Shown: piece by piece, positions 10,856-19,792 of the stretch | Layout: each line of letters begins with the position of its first letter | How positions within the stretch are numbered: the first letter of the stretch is position 1 | DNA from: Acidobacteriota bacterium | Lineage (GTDB): Bacteria; Acidobacteriota; Thermoanaerobaculia; Multivoradales; Multivoraceae | Assembly (NCBI GenBank): GCA_011525365.1 | Contig: WTGQ01000002.1 | Coordinates: 473,064 to 537,063 of the forward strand | Direction of reading: 5' to 3' | DNA length: 64,000 nt | Made by a program: the position numbers and the translations under genes | Notes under the pieces: model-generated | Seen by the model: the letters and a program-made list of their open reading frames with translations, nothing else | Databases searched by the model: none | What the model was told of the DNA's origin: nothing

Positions 10856-11416
10856 TTGTCCGTCAAGACACCAGTTGCGATTGTCGTCTCGGCGGCGGCG
10901 CTGCTGGCCGTGCTGCCTGCCGCAGCGCCGCCGGCGCTCGCCGAAGAGCCGGCGTCGGTGGAACATCTGCTCGAACCGGACACGATCCACCCGGCAACCG
11001 CCGAGCAGTTCAAGGCGGTTCTGGAGCACCATCGCGGCAAGGTGGTCGTCGTCAACTACTGGGCTACCTGGTGCATCCCCTGCCTCCAGGAGCTTCCGGA
11101 GCTCGATCTTCTGCAAGAGCGGTACGCCGACCGCGGCCTCGTGGTGCTGGCCGTATCGATGGACGACCCGGAGAAGCTCGAGGACCGAGTGCGTCCCTTC
11201 TTCGCCAAGCGGGCGCCTGGCCTCGTCTCGTACCTTGCGTCGGCCGGCGACAACTCGGTCGATTTCGTCATGGCATTCGATCCGGAGTGGCCCGGAGCGT
11301 TGCCGACCACGATGTTCTTCGACCGAGCGGGGGAGCTCGACAACATCCACCTGGGGCGGATGCTGTACTCGGAGTTCGAGGAAGCGGTGCTCGTGTTGCT
11401 CGGGGAGGACGCCTGA
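10856..11416 (+). CDS. TlpA-family thiol:disulfide oxidoreductase, tandem paralogue
   Basis: The active site is WATWCIPC. It is roughly 50% identical to the upstream paralogue over the whole length. A GGAGGT RBS precedes the TTG start. Confidence 0.85.
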   Translation: MSVKTPVAIVVSAAALLAVLPAAAPPALAEEPASVEHLLEPDTIHPATAEQFKAVLEHHRGKVVVVNYWATWCIPCLQELPELDLLQERYADRGLVVLAVSMDDPEKLEDRVRPFFAKRAPGLVSYLASAGDNSVDFVMAFDPEWPGALPTTMFFDRAGELDNIHLGRMLYSEFEEAVLVLLGEDA

Positions 11417-11522
11417 TCGCGCAAGCCAGGCGCGCGGAAGGCTGGCCCTGCCGAGAGCACGGGGCGGGAATCGGGAAGTAGTCGCATCCGATCGGTGTTT
11501 GGCGGTAGCGGGAGGAACGCCG

Positions 11523-12635
11523 ATGCCAGAACTTTCCTTTGACCACTTCGACTTCACGGATGACTTCGGTCCCGAGAAGGTCGTTACCGTCTACGAACCC
11601 CGCTGCGGCCTGGAGGGGATCGTCGTCATCGACAACAGCGCCGCCGGACCCACGATGGGCGGCATCCGCATGGCGCCGGACGTCAGCGTGGAGGAGGTGT
11701 GCCGGCTGGCGCGGGCGATGACCTGGAAGAACGCCATGGCGCGTCTGCGCCACGGCGGCGGCAAGGCGGGCATTCGGGCGAATCCGCGGACGGCGAACCG
11801 TGAGGCCCTGATCCGTCAGTTCGGCCGCGCGATCCGGCAGTTGACGGACTACATTCCCGCCCCCGACATGGGCACGAACGAGACCGCGATGGCCTGGATT
11901 CGCGACGAGGGGGGCCGCTCCGTCGGCCTGTCCAGGTCTCTCGGCGGGATTCCGCTCGACGAGAGCGGCTCGACCGGCTTCGGCCTCGCCATCGCCGCCG
12001 AGGTGGCCGAGGAGGCGGGCGTCGTCGCGCTCGAGGGCGCCACCGTCTCCATCCAGGGCTTCGGCAACGTCGGGAGGCCGGCGGCCCGGTTCCTGGCCGA
12101 GCGGGGCGCTCGCCTCGTGTCGGTCACCGATCTCGACGGCACGATCCACGACCGGGACGGCATAGACATCGACGAGCTCGTGGCGACGATGGATGCGACC
12201 GGCGGTGTCACGGGGTATCCGCGCGGCCACACGGTCGAAGGCGACGCCTTCCTGGACCTGGAAGTCGACTTCTTCGTGCCGGCCGCGCGCCCCGACGTGA
12301 TCGACAGCGGCAACGCCGGCCGCGTCGGCTGCAAGGTGGTGCTTCAGGGCGCGAACATCCCGGTGACCGCAGCGGGCGAACGGATTCTCCACGACCGCGG
12401 CATCCTCTCGATTCCCGACTTCGTGGCCAACGCCGGCGGCATCATCTGCGGCGCGGTCGAGTACGCGGGCGGCTCCGAGCGGCAGGCGTTCGAGAGGATC
12501 GAGGACACGGTGCGCCAGAACACGCGGGAAGTGCTGGACCTGGCCCGGACCGAAGGCTGCCTGTTGCGCGAGGCGGCGATGAGCATTGCCCAGCGCCGGG
12601 TCTCGGAAGCGATGGCTTTCCGCCGAGCCGACTGA
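11523..12635 (+). CDS. Glu/Leu/Phe/Val dehydrogenase family (glutamate dehydrogenase-like)
   Basis: The catalytic Lys-Gly region 'RHGGGKAGIRANP' is present, with the NAD fold 'QGFGNVG' and 'ANAGGI'. A GGAGGAA RBS lies upstream of the ATG. Confidence 0.88.
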   Translation: MPELSFDHFDFTDDFGPEKVVTVYEPRCGLEGIVVIDNSAAGPTMGGIRMAPDVSVEEVCRLARAMTWKNAMARLRHGGGKAGIRANPRTANREALIRQFGRAIRQLTDYIPAPDMGTNETAMAWIRDEGGRSVGLSRSLGGIPLDESGSTGFGLAIAAEVAEEAGVVALEGATVSIQGFGNVGRPAARFLAERGARLVSVTDLDGTIHDRDGIDIDELVATMDATGGVTGYPRGHTVEGDAFLDLEVDFFVPAARPDVIDSGNAGRVGCKVVLQGANIPVTAAGERILHDRGILSIPDFVANAGGIICGAVEYAGGSERQAFERIEDTVRQNTREVLDLARTEGCLLREAAMSIAQRRVSEAMAFRRAD

Positions 12636-12657
12636 TCCACGCTGTAGCCTCGGGCGC

Positions 12658-13608
12658 ATGAGATCGCCCGATTCCCGGAGTTCCCACAATGCACTGGCCG
12701 AACCGGCGGTCGATCGGCGTTCGGAGCGGCGCGGCGACGCCGACTGGCTGGCCCGGAGACTGGCGGATCCGAGCAGCCAGTTGACCGCGGTCTGGCGCGA
12801 GCGCAGCCTGGTCTTCGACGCTCACACCGGAGATCGGGGGCCGGTTCCCGGCACGGTGGCGACCGTCGAGGCGGTCGGGCTGGTCGGCGGGGCGGAGGAT
12901 GTCGTGTTCCTCGGCGAAGCGGAGGGCGTCGCCTACTTCTCGGTCGACCTCTCCGACCGGGAGGATCCGCTCGCCGGCCCGCTCAGGGGCGCCGGACGCT
13001 TCGTCGAGTTGCGCCAGGTGGGCGCTGCGATGAGCGGCCGTGGCGCCAACCTGCTCGCCTATGCGCGCGCCATGGCTACATGGCATCGCCGGCACCGCTT
13101 CTGCGGCCAGTGCGGTGCCGCGACCGAGAGCCGCAACGCCGGCCACCTGCGCGTCTGCACGGCCTGCGGCATCGAGCACTTCCCGCGCACGGATCCCGCC
13201 GTCATCATGCTGGTCCACACGGAGGCCGGCGACGGCGGCTCCTGCCTCCTGGGCCGGCAGGCGTCCTGGCCGCCGGGCATGTTCTCGGCGCTCGCCGGCT
13301 TCGTCGAGCCCGGCGAGAGCCTGGAGAGCGCGGTCGCGCGCGAGGTCCGGGAGGAGACCGGGATCGCGGTCGACGCGGTCCGCTACCACTCCTCCCAGCC
13401 GTGGCCGTTCCCGACCTCGATCATGCTCGGTTTCTACGCCACCTCGCCCGGCGGCGATGTGCAGGTCGATACCGAGGAACTGGAGCAGGCGGTGTGGGCG
13501 ACCCGCTCCGAGCTGGAGTACGCGCTCCGCGCCCGCGAGGTCCGCCTGCCGCCGCCGTTCTCGATCGCCCGCCGTTTGATCGACGACTGGTTGCGCGCCG
13601 AGCGCTGA
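12658..13608 (+). CDS. nudC: NADH pyrophosphatase NudC (Nudix)
   Basis: A zinc ribbon is present (CGQCG...CTACG). The Nudix box is 'GFVEPGESLESAVAREVREETG'. Confidence 0.88.
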   Translation: MRSPDSRSSHNALAEPAVDRRSERRGDADWLARRLADPSSQLTAVWRERSLVFDAHTGDRGPVPGTVATVEAVGLVGGAEDVVFLGEAEGVAYFSVDLSDREDPLAGPLRGAGRFVELRQVGAAMSGRGANLLAYARAMATWHRRHRFCGQCGAATESRNAGHLRVCTACGIEHFPRTDPAVIMLVHTEAGDGGSCLLGRQASWPPGMFSALAGFVEPGESLESAVAREVREETGIAVDAVRYHSSQPWPFPTSIMLGFYATSPGGDVQVDTEELEQAVWATRSELEYALRAREVRLPPPFSIARRLIDDWLRAER

Positions 13609-13632
13609 GCGCTCGCGTAGCATTGTCGGTCC

Positions 13633-14682
13633 ATGACCCTCGACTCCACGAGTGGCGGCACGTCTACGGTCGCGGTCAGCGACCGCCTCGGCCGGCCGGT
13701 GCGCGACCTGCGCATCTCGGTCATCGACCGCTGCAACTTCCGCTGCACCTTCTGCATGCCCGCGGACCGGGAGTACAGGTTCCTGCCCCGGCAGCAGTTG
13801 ATGACGTTCGAGGAGATCGAGCGCCTGGTCCGGCTGTTCGTGCAGCTCGGTGTTCGCAAGCTGCGGCTGACGGGCGGCGAACCGCTGCTGCGGCGGGACA
13901 TTGAGGATCTGGTTGGGCTCCTGTCCGCGGTGCCGGGAGTCGAGGACCTCGCCCTGACGACGAACGGCGCCCTGCTGGCGAAGAAGTCCCGGGTGCTTGC
14001 CGAGGCCGGCCTCAACCGGGTGACCGTCAGCGTCGAGTCCCTGCACGATGACGTCTTTGGTCGCGTCACAGGATTGGGCCACGGCGTCGGCCAGGTGCTC
14101 GAAGGCATCGACGCCGCGGCGGACGCCGGCCTCGGCCCGGTCAAGATCAACACGGTCGTCATGAAGGGAACGAACGAGGACGAAGTCGCCGACATCGCGG
14201 GCTACTTCAAGGAGCGCGGCCACATCGTCCGCTTCATCGAGTTCATGGACGTCGGCACGGTGAACGACTGGAGCCTCGACCAGGTCGTCACTGCCTCGGA
14301 GATCGCTGACCGCATCGCCGAACGGTGGCCCTTCGAACCCGTCGACCGCGCCCAGCGCAGCGACGTCGCCGAACGCTTCCGCTACCTCGACGACGGCGTC
14401 GAGTTCGGCGTCATCCCCTCGATCAGTCGCCCTTTCTGCGGCGACTGCGCCCGGGCCCGCCTCTCCTCCGACGGCCGGCTCTACACCTGCCTCTTCGCCG
14501 ACACCGGACCCTCGCTGAGGGACCGCCTCCGCGCCGGCGCCACGGACGACGAGCTACTCGCCTTCCTCGCCGCCCACTGGCGCCAGCGCGAAGACCGCTA
14601 CTCCGAGGTCCGCGCCGAACGCCTCCGCGCCGGCCTGCAGCCGGCTCCCCAGCGCGTCGAGATGTTCCGCATCGGCGGCTGA
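13633..14682 (+). CDS. moaA: GTP 3',8-cyclase MoaA (radical SAM)
   Basis: It has the CNFRCTFC radical-SAM cluster motif and the C-terminal CGDCARAR second-cluster motif. Full-length MoaA architecture. Confidence 0.93.
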   Translation: MTLDSTSGGTSTVAVSDRLGRPVRDLRISVIDRCNFRCTFCMPADREYRFLPRQQLMTFEEIERLVRLFVQLGVRKLRLTGGEPLLRRDIEDLVGLLSAVPGVEDLALTTNGALLAKKSRVLAEAGLNRVTVSVESLHDDVFGRVTGLGHGVGQVLEGIDAAADAGLGPVKINTVVMKGTNEDEVADIAGYFKERGHIVRFIEFMDVGTVNDWSLDQVVTASEIADRIAERWPFEPVDRAQRSDVAERFRYLDDGVEFGVIPSISRPFCGDCARARLSSDGRLYTCLFADTGPSLRDRLRAGATDDELLAFLAAHWRQREDRYSEVRAERLRAGLQPAPQRVEMFRIGG

Positions 14683-14892
14683 GCCGCGCGTCGGCGAAGC
14701 GACCCCCTGGGCACCCCTCCCCCCGGTCCCGCCGCGGGCTGGGCGTCGTCGACGTTCGTCACACGGACTGCCGGTGCGCCGGCCTTCTGGCCGGCTTCTG
14801 GAGCCGCGGGAACATGCAGAGATCGAGTACCCTCGCCGCTTCACGGACGGGCCGTGGTCTGAACTGCGCCTGGCAGAGTAGGGGATCGCAAA

Positions 14893-16481
14893 GTGCAGAA
14901 CCGGTACTTCGGCGACGTAGGCGACTTCGGAAAGTACGGCCTTCTCAGGAGGATCTGTGGCGTTAGCGCCGAGGACGCCGGTGAGGTGCTTTCCCTCGGA
15001 GTCGTCTGGTACCTCGTGGATGACGAGAACCACAACAAGGATGGTAAGCACACCACCTACCTCGATAAGCCTGAGGAGTACCGCGACTGCGATCCTGCGC
15101 TGTTCGACGGTCTGAAGAGTCTGCTCGAAGGGCCGGGTCCACGGGCCGTGAGCAAGATCGAGCGCTCAAGTCCGGAGCTTCTCCCGCATGGCACGAAGTA
15201 CGTCAGCGAACCTCTGACGCGCGAGGGCCGATCGGAGTGGCTCAGTCGGGCGATCGAGGAAGTTCGCGATCGTGATGTCGTCTTCCTGGATCCCGACATC
15301 GGGTTTCAGCCACCGTCTGTGCGGGCGGACAGCAAGAGCGCCGTCCAGTACGTCCTGTGGAAGGAGGCTGAGCGATTTGCTGAATCTCATCAGCAGCAGA
15401 CTTTGGTCTTCTACCATCACCTGAATCGCACGAAGGCCTGGCCGGATCAGATCGACGAGAAGATCCACGAGATTGGTTCGAGGGTCGCTGGGGGTGACGC
15501 CGCGGTACCCGTGCTGTTCAAGAGGGGTACAGGGCGAGTCTTCTTCGTGGTGCCGTCCGCCAAACACCGCGACTTGGTGACATCCCGAGTTCGTAGCATG
15601 GCTGAGAGTCCTAGTTGGAGGCGGCACTTGGGGATTGGCGCTGCGAAGAAGAGGGCCCGGACAGTTAAGGCGAACGGTCTCGTGCGGGTGGGCACCTGGA
15701 ACGTGGAGTGGGCGAAACACGGCTCCCTGAAGGCCAGACGGATTGAGCCGATCCTCGCGGCACCTGATTGCGATGTCCTCTGTGTGACGGAAGGAGGAGA
15801 CGCGGGCATCCTCCCCAAGAGCGGCCATGTGATCGACGCCGGTACGGATTGGGGCTATCCGATACCGAAGGCCAGTCCGGGGCGCAGGAAGGTGTTGCTT
15901 TGGAGCAAGCATCCGTGGACTCCTGTCTTCGAGCCCGGACAGCAAGACCTACCCGGAGGAAGGCTTGTGGCAGGTGTGACGGAGACCCCGATCGGGCGGC
16001 TCACGGTTGTGGGTATCTGCATTCCGTGGGGTGCGGCGCACGTAAGCAGCGGTCGTAGAACAGAAAGCGGTGGGAGGACCATCGCGCCTGGCTCACAAAG
16101 TTTGCAGATCTCGCCTACGCGAGAGCGCCGTCTCGGACGGTCGTGCTGGGTGACTTCAACCAGCGGATTCCGAGAAAGTCTGCGCCGGTGGGCGTGCACG
16201 GCGAGCTCTTGAAGGCCTTTGGGGGTCTGAGTACTGCGACCGAGGGGTTCTTCCAGTCGCCGTACCCGGCAGATGACTCCGGCGGTCCTTGGCAGGCTTC
16301 GTTGTCGGACGTGGCTTCCGCCGAGGAAATGCCCCAGTTCATCGACCACATCGCGCATTCGACGGATTTGGTCCTGGCCGAGCGAGCCGACCGGCGCGTT
16401 GGCGTCTTCCCGAAAAGGGTCAAGCCGGGCGACGGACTCCCGGATCACTTTGGGGCTTGGGTCGATCTCGCTGGGCGCTGA
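14893..16481 (+). pseudogene. Frameshifted two-domain gene: an uncharacterised N-terminal domain (~245 aa, motifs YFGDVGDFGKYGLL and VFLDPDIGF) fused to a C-terminal endonuclease/exonuclease/phosphatase (EEP) domain
   Basis: The EEP motifs are split over two frames. 'LVRVGTWNVEW' and 'VLCVTEG' lie in the 14893..16212 frame. 'VVLGDFNQ' and the terminal 'PDHFGAWVDL' (catalytic His) lie in the 16143..16481 frame. Homology continues right after a stop at 16056-58 in the second frame. A single missing base in the A-run near 16063-16066 would restore 'HVSSGRRTEKRWEDHRAWL'. GC and codon usage are clearly lower than in neighbouring genes. Confidence 0.6.
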
Positions 16482-16587
16482 CGGAGAAGGCGAGGGCTTT
16501 CTCGTCTAGATCCGTAGAGGGACGTGGCTGCGGCGGGTCCCGCCTCCAAGATCTTCACGCTGAACCGACTGTTAGGCTCCAACCCAA

Positions 16588-16854
16588 ATGACGACCTTCG
16601 ACACGCTTGCGGCGGCGCGGACTCTCGAAGGTGCCGGCATGGATCCGGCGCAGGCAGCAGCGGTGACCGAGACGATACGGTCCGCCGCAACGGAGGGGGT
16701 CGCGACTCGATCCGACTTGGCCGAGTTGCGCGGCGATCTGGCCGAACTACGCGGCGATCTGGGCGCGATGGAGGCTCGTCTCACGTGGCGCATGGTGCTC
16801 GTCGCCGGCGCAGTCACGGCCTTGGTTACCGCGCTGGATCGCCTGCTCGGTTGA
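16588..16854 (+). CDS. Small coiled-coil protein with a C-terminal transmembrane anchor (DUF1640-like)
   Basis: 88 aa. It contains a tandem heptad 'LAELRGD LAELRGD' followed by a hydrophobic tail 'MVLVAGAVTALVTALDRLL'. GC3 is high, consistent with coding. Confidence 0.5.
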   Translation: MTTFDTLAAARTLEGAGMDPAQAAAVTETIRSAATEGVATRSDLAELRGDLAELRGDLGAMEARLTWRMVLVAGAVTALVTALDRLLG

Positions 16855-17071
16855 GCACTTCGAGACCGCTCTCTTCGAGAACGCGGTCCATGATCCCCTG
16901 CTCACAGCAGCCCTCGATGAACAGGGCCAGAGCCTCCTGCAGCATGGTCATCGCTTCTTCGGCCGTGGAGCCTTGGCTGGCTACGTGAAGCTGTGGACAC
17001 GAGGCGACCCATGCGTCCCGCTCGCGGTGCAGTTTCGCGGGAAGTTCGTAACTGAGGTCGGTGCAGATCAC
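16826..17071 (-). CDS. HicB-like (UPF0150) antitoxin-family protein, no cognate HicA detected
   Basis: 'DAWVASCPQLHVASQGSTAEEAMTMLQEALALFIEG' matches the HicB N-terminal RNase H-like fold. A perfect AGGAGG RBS sits 6 nt upstream of the GTG at 17069-71. Its 3' end overlaps the convergent small ORF by about 29 nt. Confidence 0.65.
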   Translation of the reverse strand: MICTDLSYELPAKLHRERDAWVASCPQLHVASQGSTAEEAMTMLQEALALFIEGCCEQGIMDRVLEESGLEVLNRAGDPAR

Positions 17072-17248
17072 GCAGCACCTCCTGGGGGCGGGATGCAACC
17101 TAGCACGCGGCTGGTGTGGTGTCGGGACCACGTCCCAGTGGCCGCTTCGGGCGGGTCTCACGGAAGCCGCATCCGACCGTGAACGCTCCACTTACGCGAA
17201 TTCCGGTACAGTGCCGCGCATGTGTAGCCGCAAGATCGGGGCGGTCGC

Positions 17249-18292
17249 TTGAGTACCCGTCCGCTGCTGGCGGCGGCGGAGGGTGAGCGGGACCGCAAGG
17301 CCGAGCACATCCGGCTGGCGCTGGATCGGCGCATGCAGGTCGAGCGCAGCTACTTCGACGACTACCGGTTCGAGCACAGGGCGCTGCCGGAGATCGACTT
17401 CGACGACGTCCGGATCGGCTGCGGCTTCCTGGGACGGGAGCTCGAGGCGCCGCTGCTCATCTCGTGCATGACGGGGGGGACCGGCGCCGCGGAGGAGATC
17501 AACCGCCGCCTGGCTGAGGCGGCCGAGGCGAGGCGGGTCGCTCTCGGCGTCGGCTCGCAGCGCAAGGCGATCGACGATCCGGAGACCGCGGCGACGTTCC
17601 GGGTGCGGGAGTTCGCTCCCAGCGTGCCGATCCTGGCCAATCTGGGCGCGGTGCAACTGAACTACGGCTACGGCATCGACGAGTGCCGCGTGGCGGTCGA
17701 CATGATCGAGGCGGACGCGCTGGTGCTGCACCTGAACGCGCTGCAGGAGGCGCTGCAGCCGGAGGGGCAACTGAACTTCCGCGGACTGCTGCCGAAGATC
17801 GCTCGCGTGGTCGAAGCACTGGACGTGCCGGTGGTGGTCAAGGAGATCGGTTGCGGCATCTCGGCCACTGTCGGCCGGCAACTCGCCAACGTGGGCGTGC
17901 GGATCCTCGACACGGCCGGCGTCGGAGGCACGAGCTGGGCGCGGATCGAGGCGGCCCGGGCCGATGAGGTGGCTCTCGGCGAACGCTTCGCCGACTGGGG
18001 GGTGCCGACGCCGGAGTCGATCCGCCAGTTGGCGGCGGTGCCCGGCGTCCAGGTGATCGGCAGCGGCGGCATTCGCTCCGGCGTCGACGCGGCGAAGGCG
18101 CTGGCCCTCGGCGCCGACGTCGCCGGTATGGCATTCCCGTTCCTGGAGGCTGCCAACGCGTCGACCGAGGCGGTCGTCGACCGGATCTCCCGCACCGCCT
18201 TCGAGCTGCGTACGTGCATGTTCTGCACCGGCGCGGCCGACCTCACGGCGTTGCGCCGCGTGCCGCTCCTGAAGGAGACGGGCGATGGCTGA
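17249..18292 (+). CDS. fni: Type 2 isopentenyl-diphosphate delta-isomerase (FMN-dependent)
   Basis: An FMN-binding TIM-barrel enzyme with typical IDI-2 blocks 'ISCMTGGTGAA', 'NLGAVQL' and 'GSGGIRSGVDAAKALALGAD'. Confidence 0.9.
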   Translation: MSTRPLLAAAEGERDRKAEHIRLALDRRMQVERSYFDDYRFEHRALPEIDFDDVRIGCGFLGRELEAPLLISCMTGGTGAAEEINRRLAEAAEARRVALGVGSQRKAIDDPETAATFRVREFAPSVPILANLGAVQLNYGYGIDECRVAVDMIEADALVLHLNALQEALQPEGQLNFRGLLPKIARVVEALDVPVVVKEIGCGISATVGRQLANVGVRILDTAGVGGTSWARIEAARADEVALGERFADWGVPTPESIRQLAAVPGVQVIGSGGIRSGVDAAKALALGADVAGMAFPFLEAANASTEAVVDRISRTAFELRTCMFCTGAADLTALRRVPLLKETGDG

Positions 18293-19562
18293 TCGGCCGG
18301 TGTCCGGCTCTGAACTGGCTCCCGAACTCGAGGCTGCTGCGGCCGAGATCGCCGGCTCGGAGCGCGGCTTCCACAGGCCGCCGCCCGGTCTCGACGCGGC
18401 GGGGCAGGCCGCGGTGCGGCGCCGGGCTCTGGACCTGGCGACGGGCAGCGGTCCGCTCACGGCGATCGGCAGCTACGCCCTGGACGGCGAACGGGCGTCT
18501 ACCCAGAACTGCGAGAACTTCATCGGCGCCGCTCAGGTGCCGATGGGCGTCGCCGGACCGGTTCACGTACGCGGGAGCGAGATCGCCGGCACGGTGTGCG
18601 TGCCGATGGCGACCACCGAGGGGGCGCTGCTTGCCAGCGTGAACCGCGGCTGTCGCGCGATCACGGCCGCAGGCGGTGCCACCGTCTTCGTCGAGGACGT
18701 GGGCATGACCCGGGCGCCGGTCTTCCGCACCACGGGGATCGAGGATACCCGGCGGCTGCTCGAGTGGCTGGAAGCCAACGAGGAGAGGATCCGCGCCAAG
18801 GCGCAGGAGACGAGCCGCTACCTGAAGCTCCTGGAGATTCGCCCGTCGGTGGTCGGAAGCACCGTGTTTCTGCGCTTCCGCTTCGCCACCGGCGACGCGA
18901 TGGGCATGAACATGGTGACGATCGCCTGCGACCGGCTGGTGTCGGAGCTGATCGAGCCGGAGACCGGCGCCCAGTGCGTCGCGCTGTCGGGGAACTACTG
19001 TGTCGACAAGAAACCCTCCGCGGTCAACTACCAGCTCGGTCGGGGCAAGCGGATTCATGCCGAGGTCGTGCTGGACGAGACGACCGTGCGCAAGGTCCTC
19101 AAGTCGGAGGCGAAGGCACTCCAGGACGTGGCCTACCGCAAGAACCTGCTCGGTTCCGTGGCGGCCGGCGCGCTCGCCTTCAACGCGCAGTTCGCGAACG
19201 TGCTCGCGGCGGTCTTCGTCGCCTGCGGCCAGGATCTCGCGCACGTCGTCGAGGGCGCCATGGGCGTCGCCTCGTTCGAGGCGCGGGAAGACGGCTCGGT
19301 CTACGCGTCCGTCTACATGCCGGATTGCCCGCTGGCCGCGATCGGCGGCGGCACCGGTCTCGACACCCAGCGCGAGGCGCTCGAGGTGATGGGCGTGCGG
19401 CCGGACGCGGCGCGGCCGGGCGCCGCGGTGCGCCGGCTGGCCGAGATCGTCGGCGCGGTCGTCCTGGCCGGCGAACTCTCCCTGACCGCGGCGTTCACGT
19501 CGCGTGACCTGGCGCGCGCCCACGAGCGGCTGGGCCGCTCCAGCGCGGCACGCGCGGGTTGA
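18285..19562 (+). CDS. hmgR: Hydroxymethylglutaryl-CoA reductase
   Basis: HMGR catalytic blocks are present: 'ENFIGAAQVPMGVAGP', 'DAMGMNMVT', 'GNYCVDKKPSAVN' and 'GGGT'. Confidence 0.92.
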   Translation: MADRPVSGSELAPELEAAAAEIAGSERGFHRPPPGLDAAGQAAVRRRALDLATGSGPLTAIGSYALDGERASTQNCENFIGAAQVPMGVAGPVHVRGSEIAGTVCVPMATTEGALLASVNRGCRAITAAGGATVFVEDVGMTRAPVFRTTGIEDTRRLLEWLEANEERIRAKAQETSRYLKLLEIRPSVVGSTVFLRFRFATGDAMGMNMVTIACDRLVSELIEPETGAQCVALSGNYCVDKKPSAVNYQLGRGKRIHAEVVLDETTVRKVLKSEAKALQDVAYRKNLLGSVAAGALAFNAQFANVLAAVFVACGQDLAHVVEGAMGVASFEAREDGSVYASVYMPDCPLAAIGGGTGLDTQREALEVMGVRPDAARPGAAVRRLAEIVGAVVLAGELSLTAAFTSRDLARAHERLGRSSAARAG

Positions 19563-19587
19563 ACCGGAAGCACCGGCGTGGCTGCCG

Positions 19588-19762
19588 CCTGTCCACGGGC
19601 CGTTGGGGAGGGTCCCCAGCGGCCGCTCCCGCTCCCTGATTGGATGAGAGGTTGGCGCTCGCTCCGCTCCGCTCGCTTCGGTAGGGCTCGGTTTCGGGGG
19701 CGTTCGCGGAAGTCGCTCGCTCCGAGTCCGCTGGGAACCCTCCCCAACGGCCCGCCGACAGG
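19588..19762. repeat. Intergenic element (~175 bp) with 35-nt imperfect terminal inverted repeats; MITE-like or a long RNA hairpin
   Basis: The left arm is cctgtccacgggccgttggggagggtccccagcgg (19588-19622). The reverse complement of the right arm (19728-19762) matches it at 32 of 35 positions. The ~105-bp core is rich in cgctcgctccg-type direct repeats. Confidence 0.6.
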
Positions 19763-19792
19763 CTGGATACCGTCGGGCTTTCGGGTCGCTCG

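Noticed and set aside
10875-11522. N-terminal extension of the glutamate-dehydrogenase-family ORF, running through the second tlpA paralogue
   Set aside because: It reads the tlpA gene in a different frame. The dehydrogenase homology and RBS begin at 11523.
16143-16481. Separate 112-aa gene called 'MLGDFNQ...' in the ORF track
   Set aside because: This is the C-terminal half of the EEP domain. It continues the upstream ORF after a -1 frameshift and is not an independent gene.
17072-17191. 40-codon N-terminal extension (MERSRSD...) of the HicB-like ORF, and a possible HicA partner in 17072-17248
   Set aside because: The AGGAGG RBS and GTG at 17069-71 give the canonical HicB length. The other two minus-strand frames upstream contain no start codon or run only a few codons. 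No HicA-sized ORF exists.
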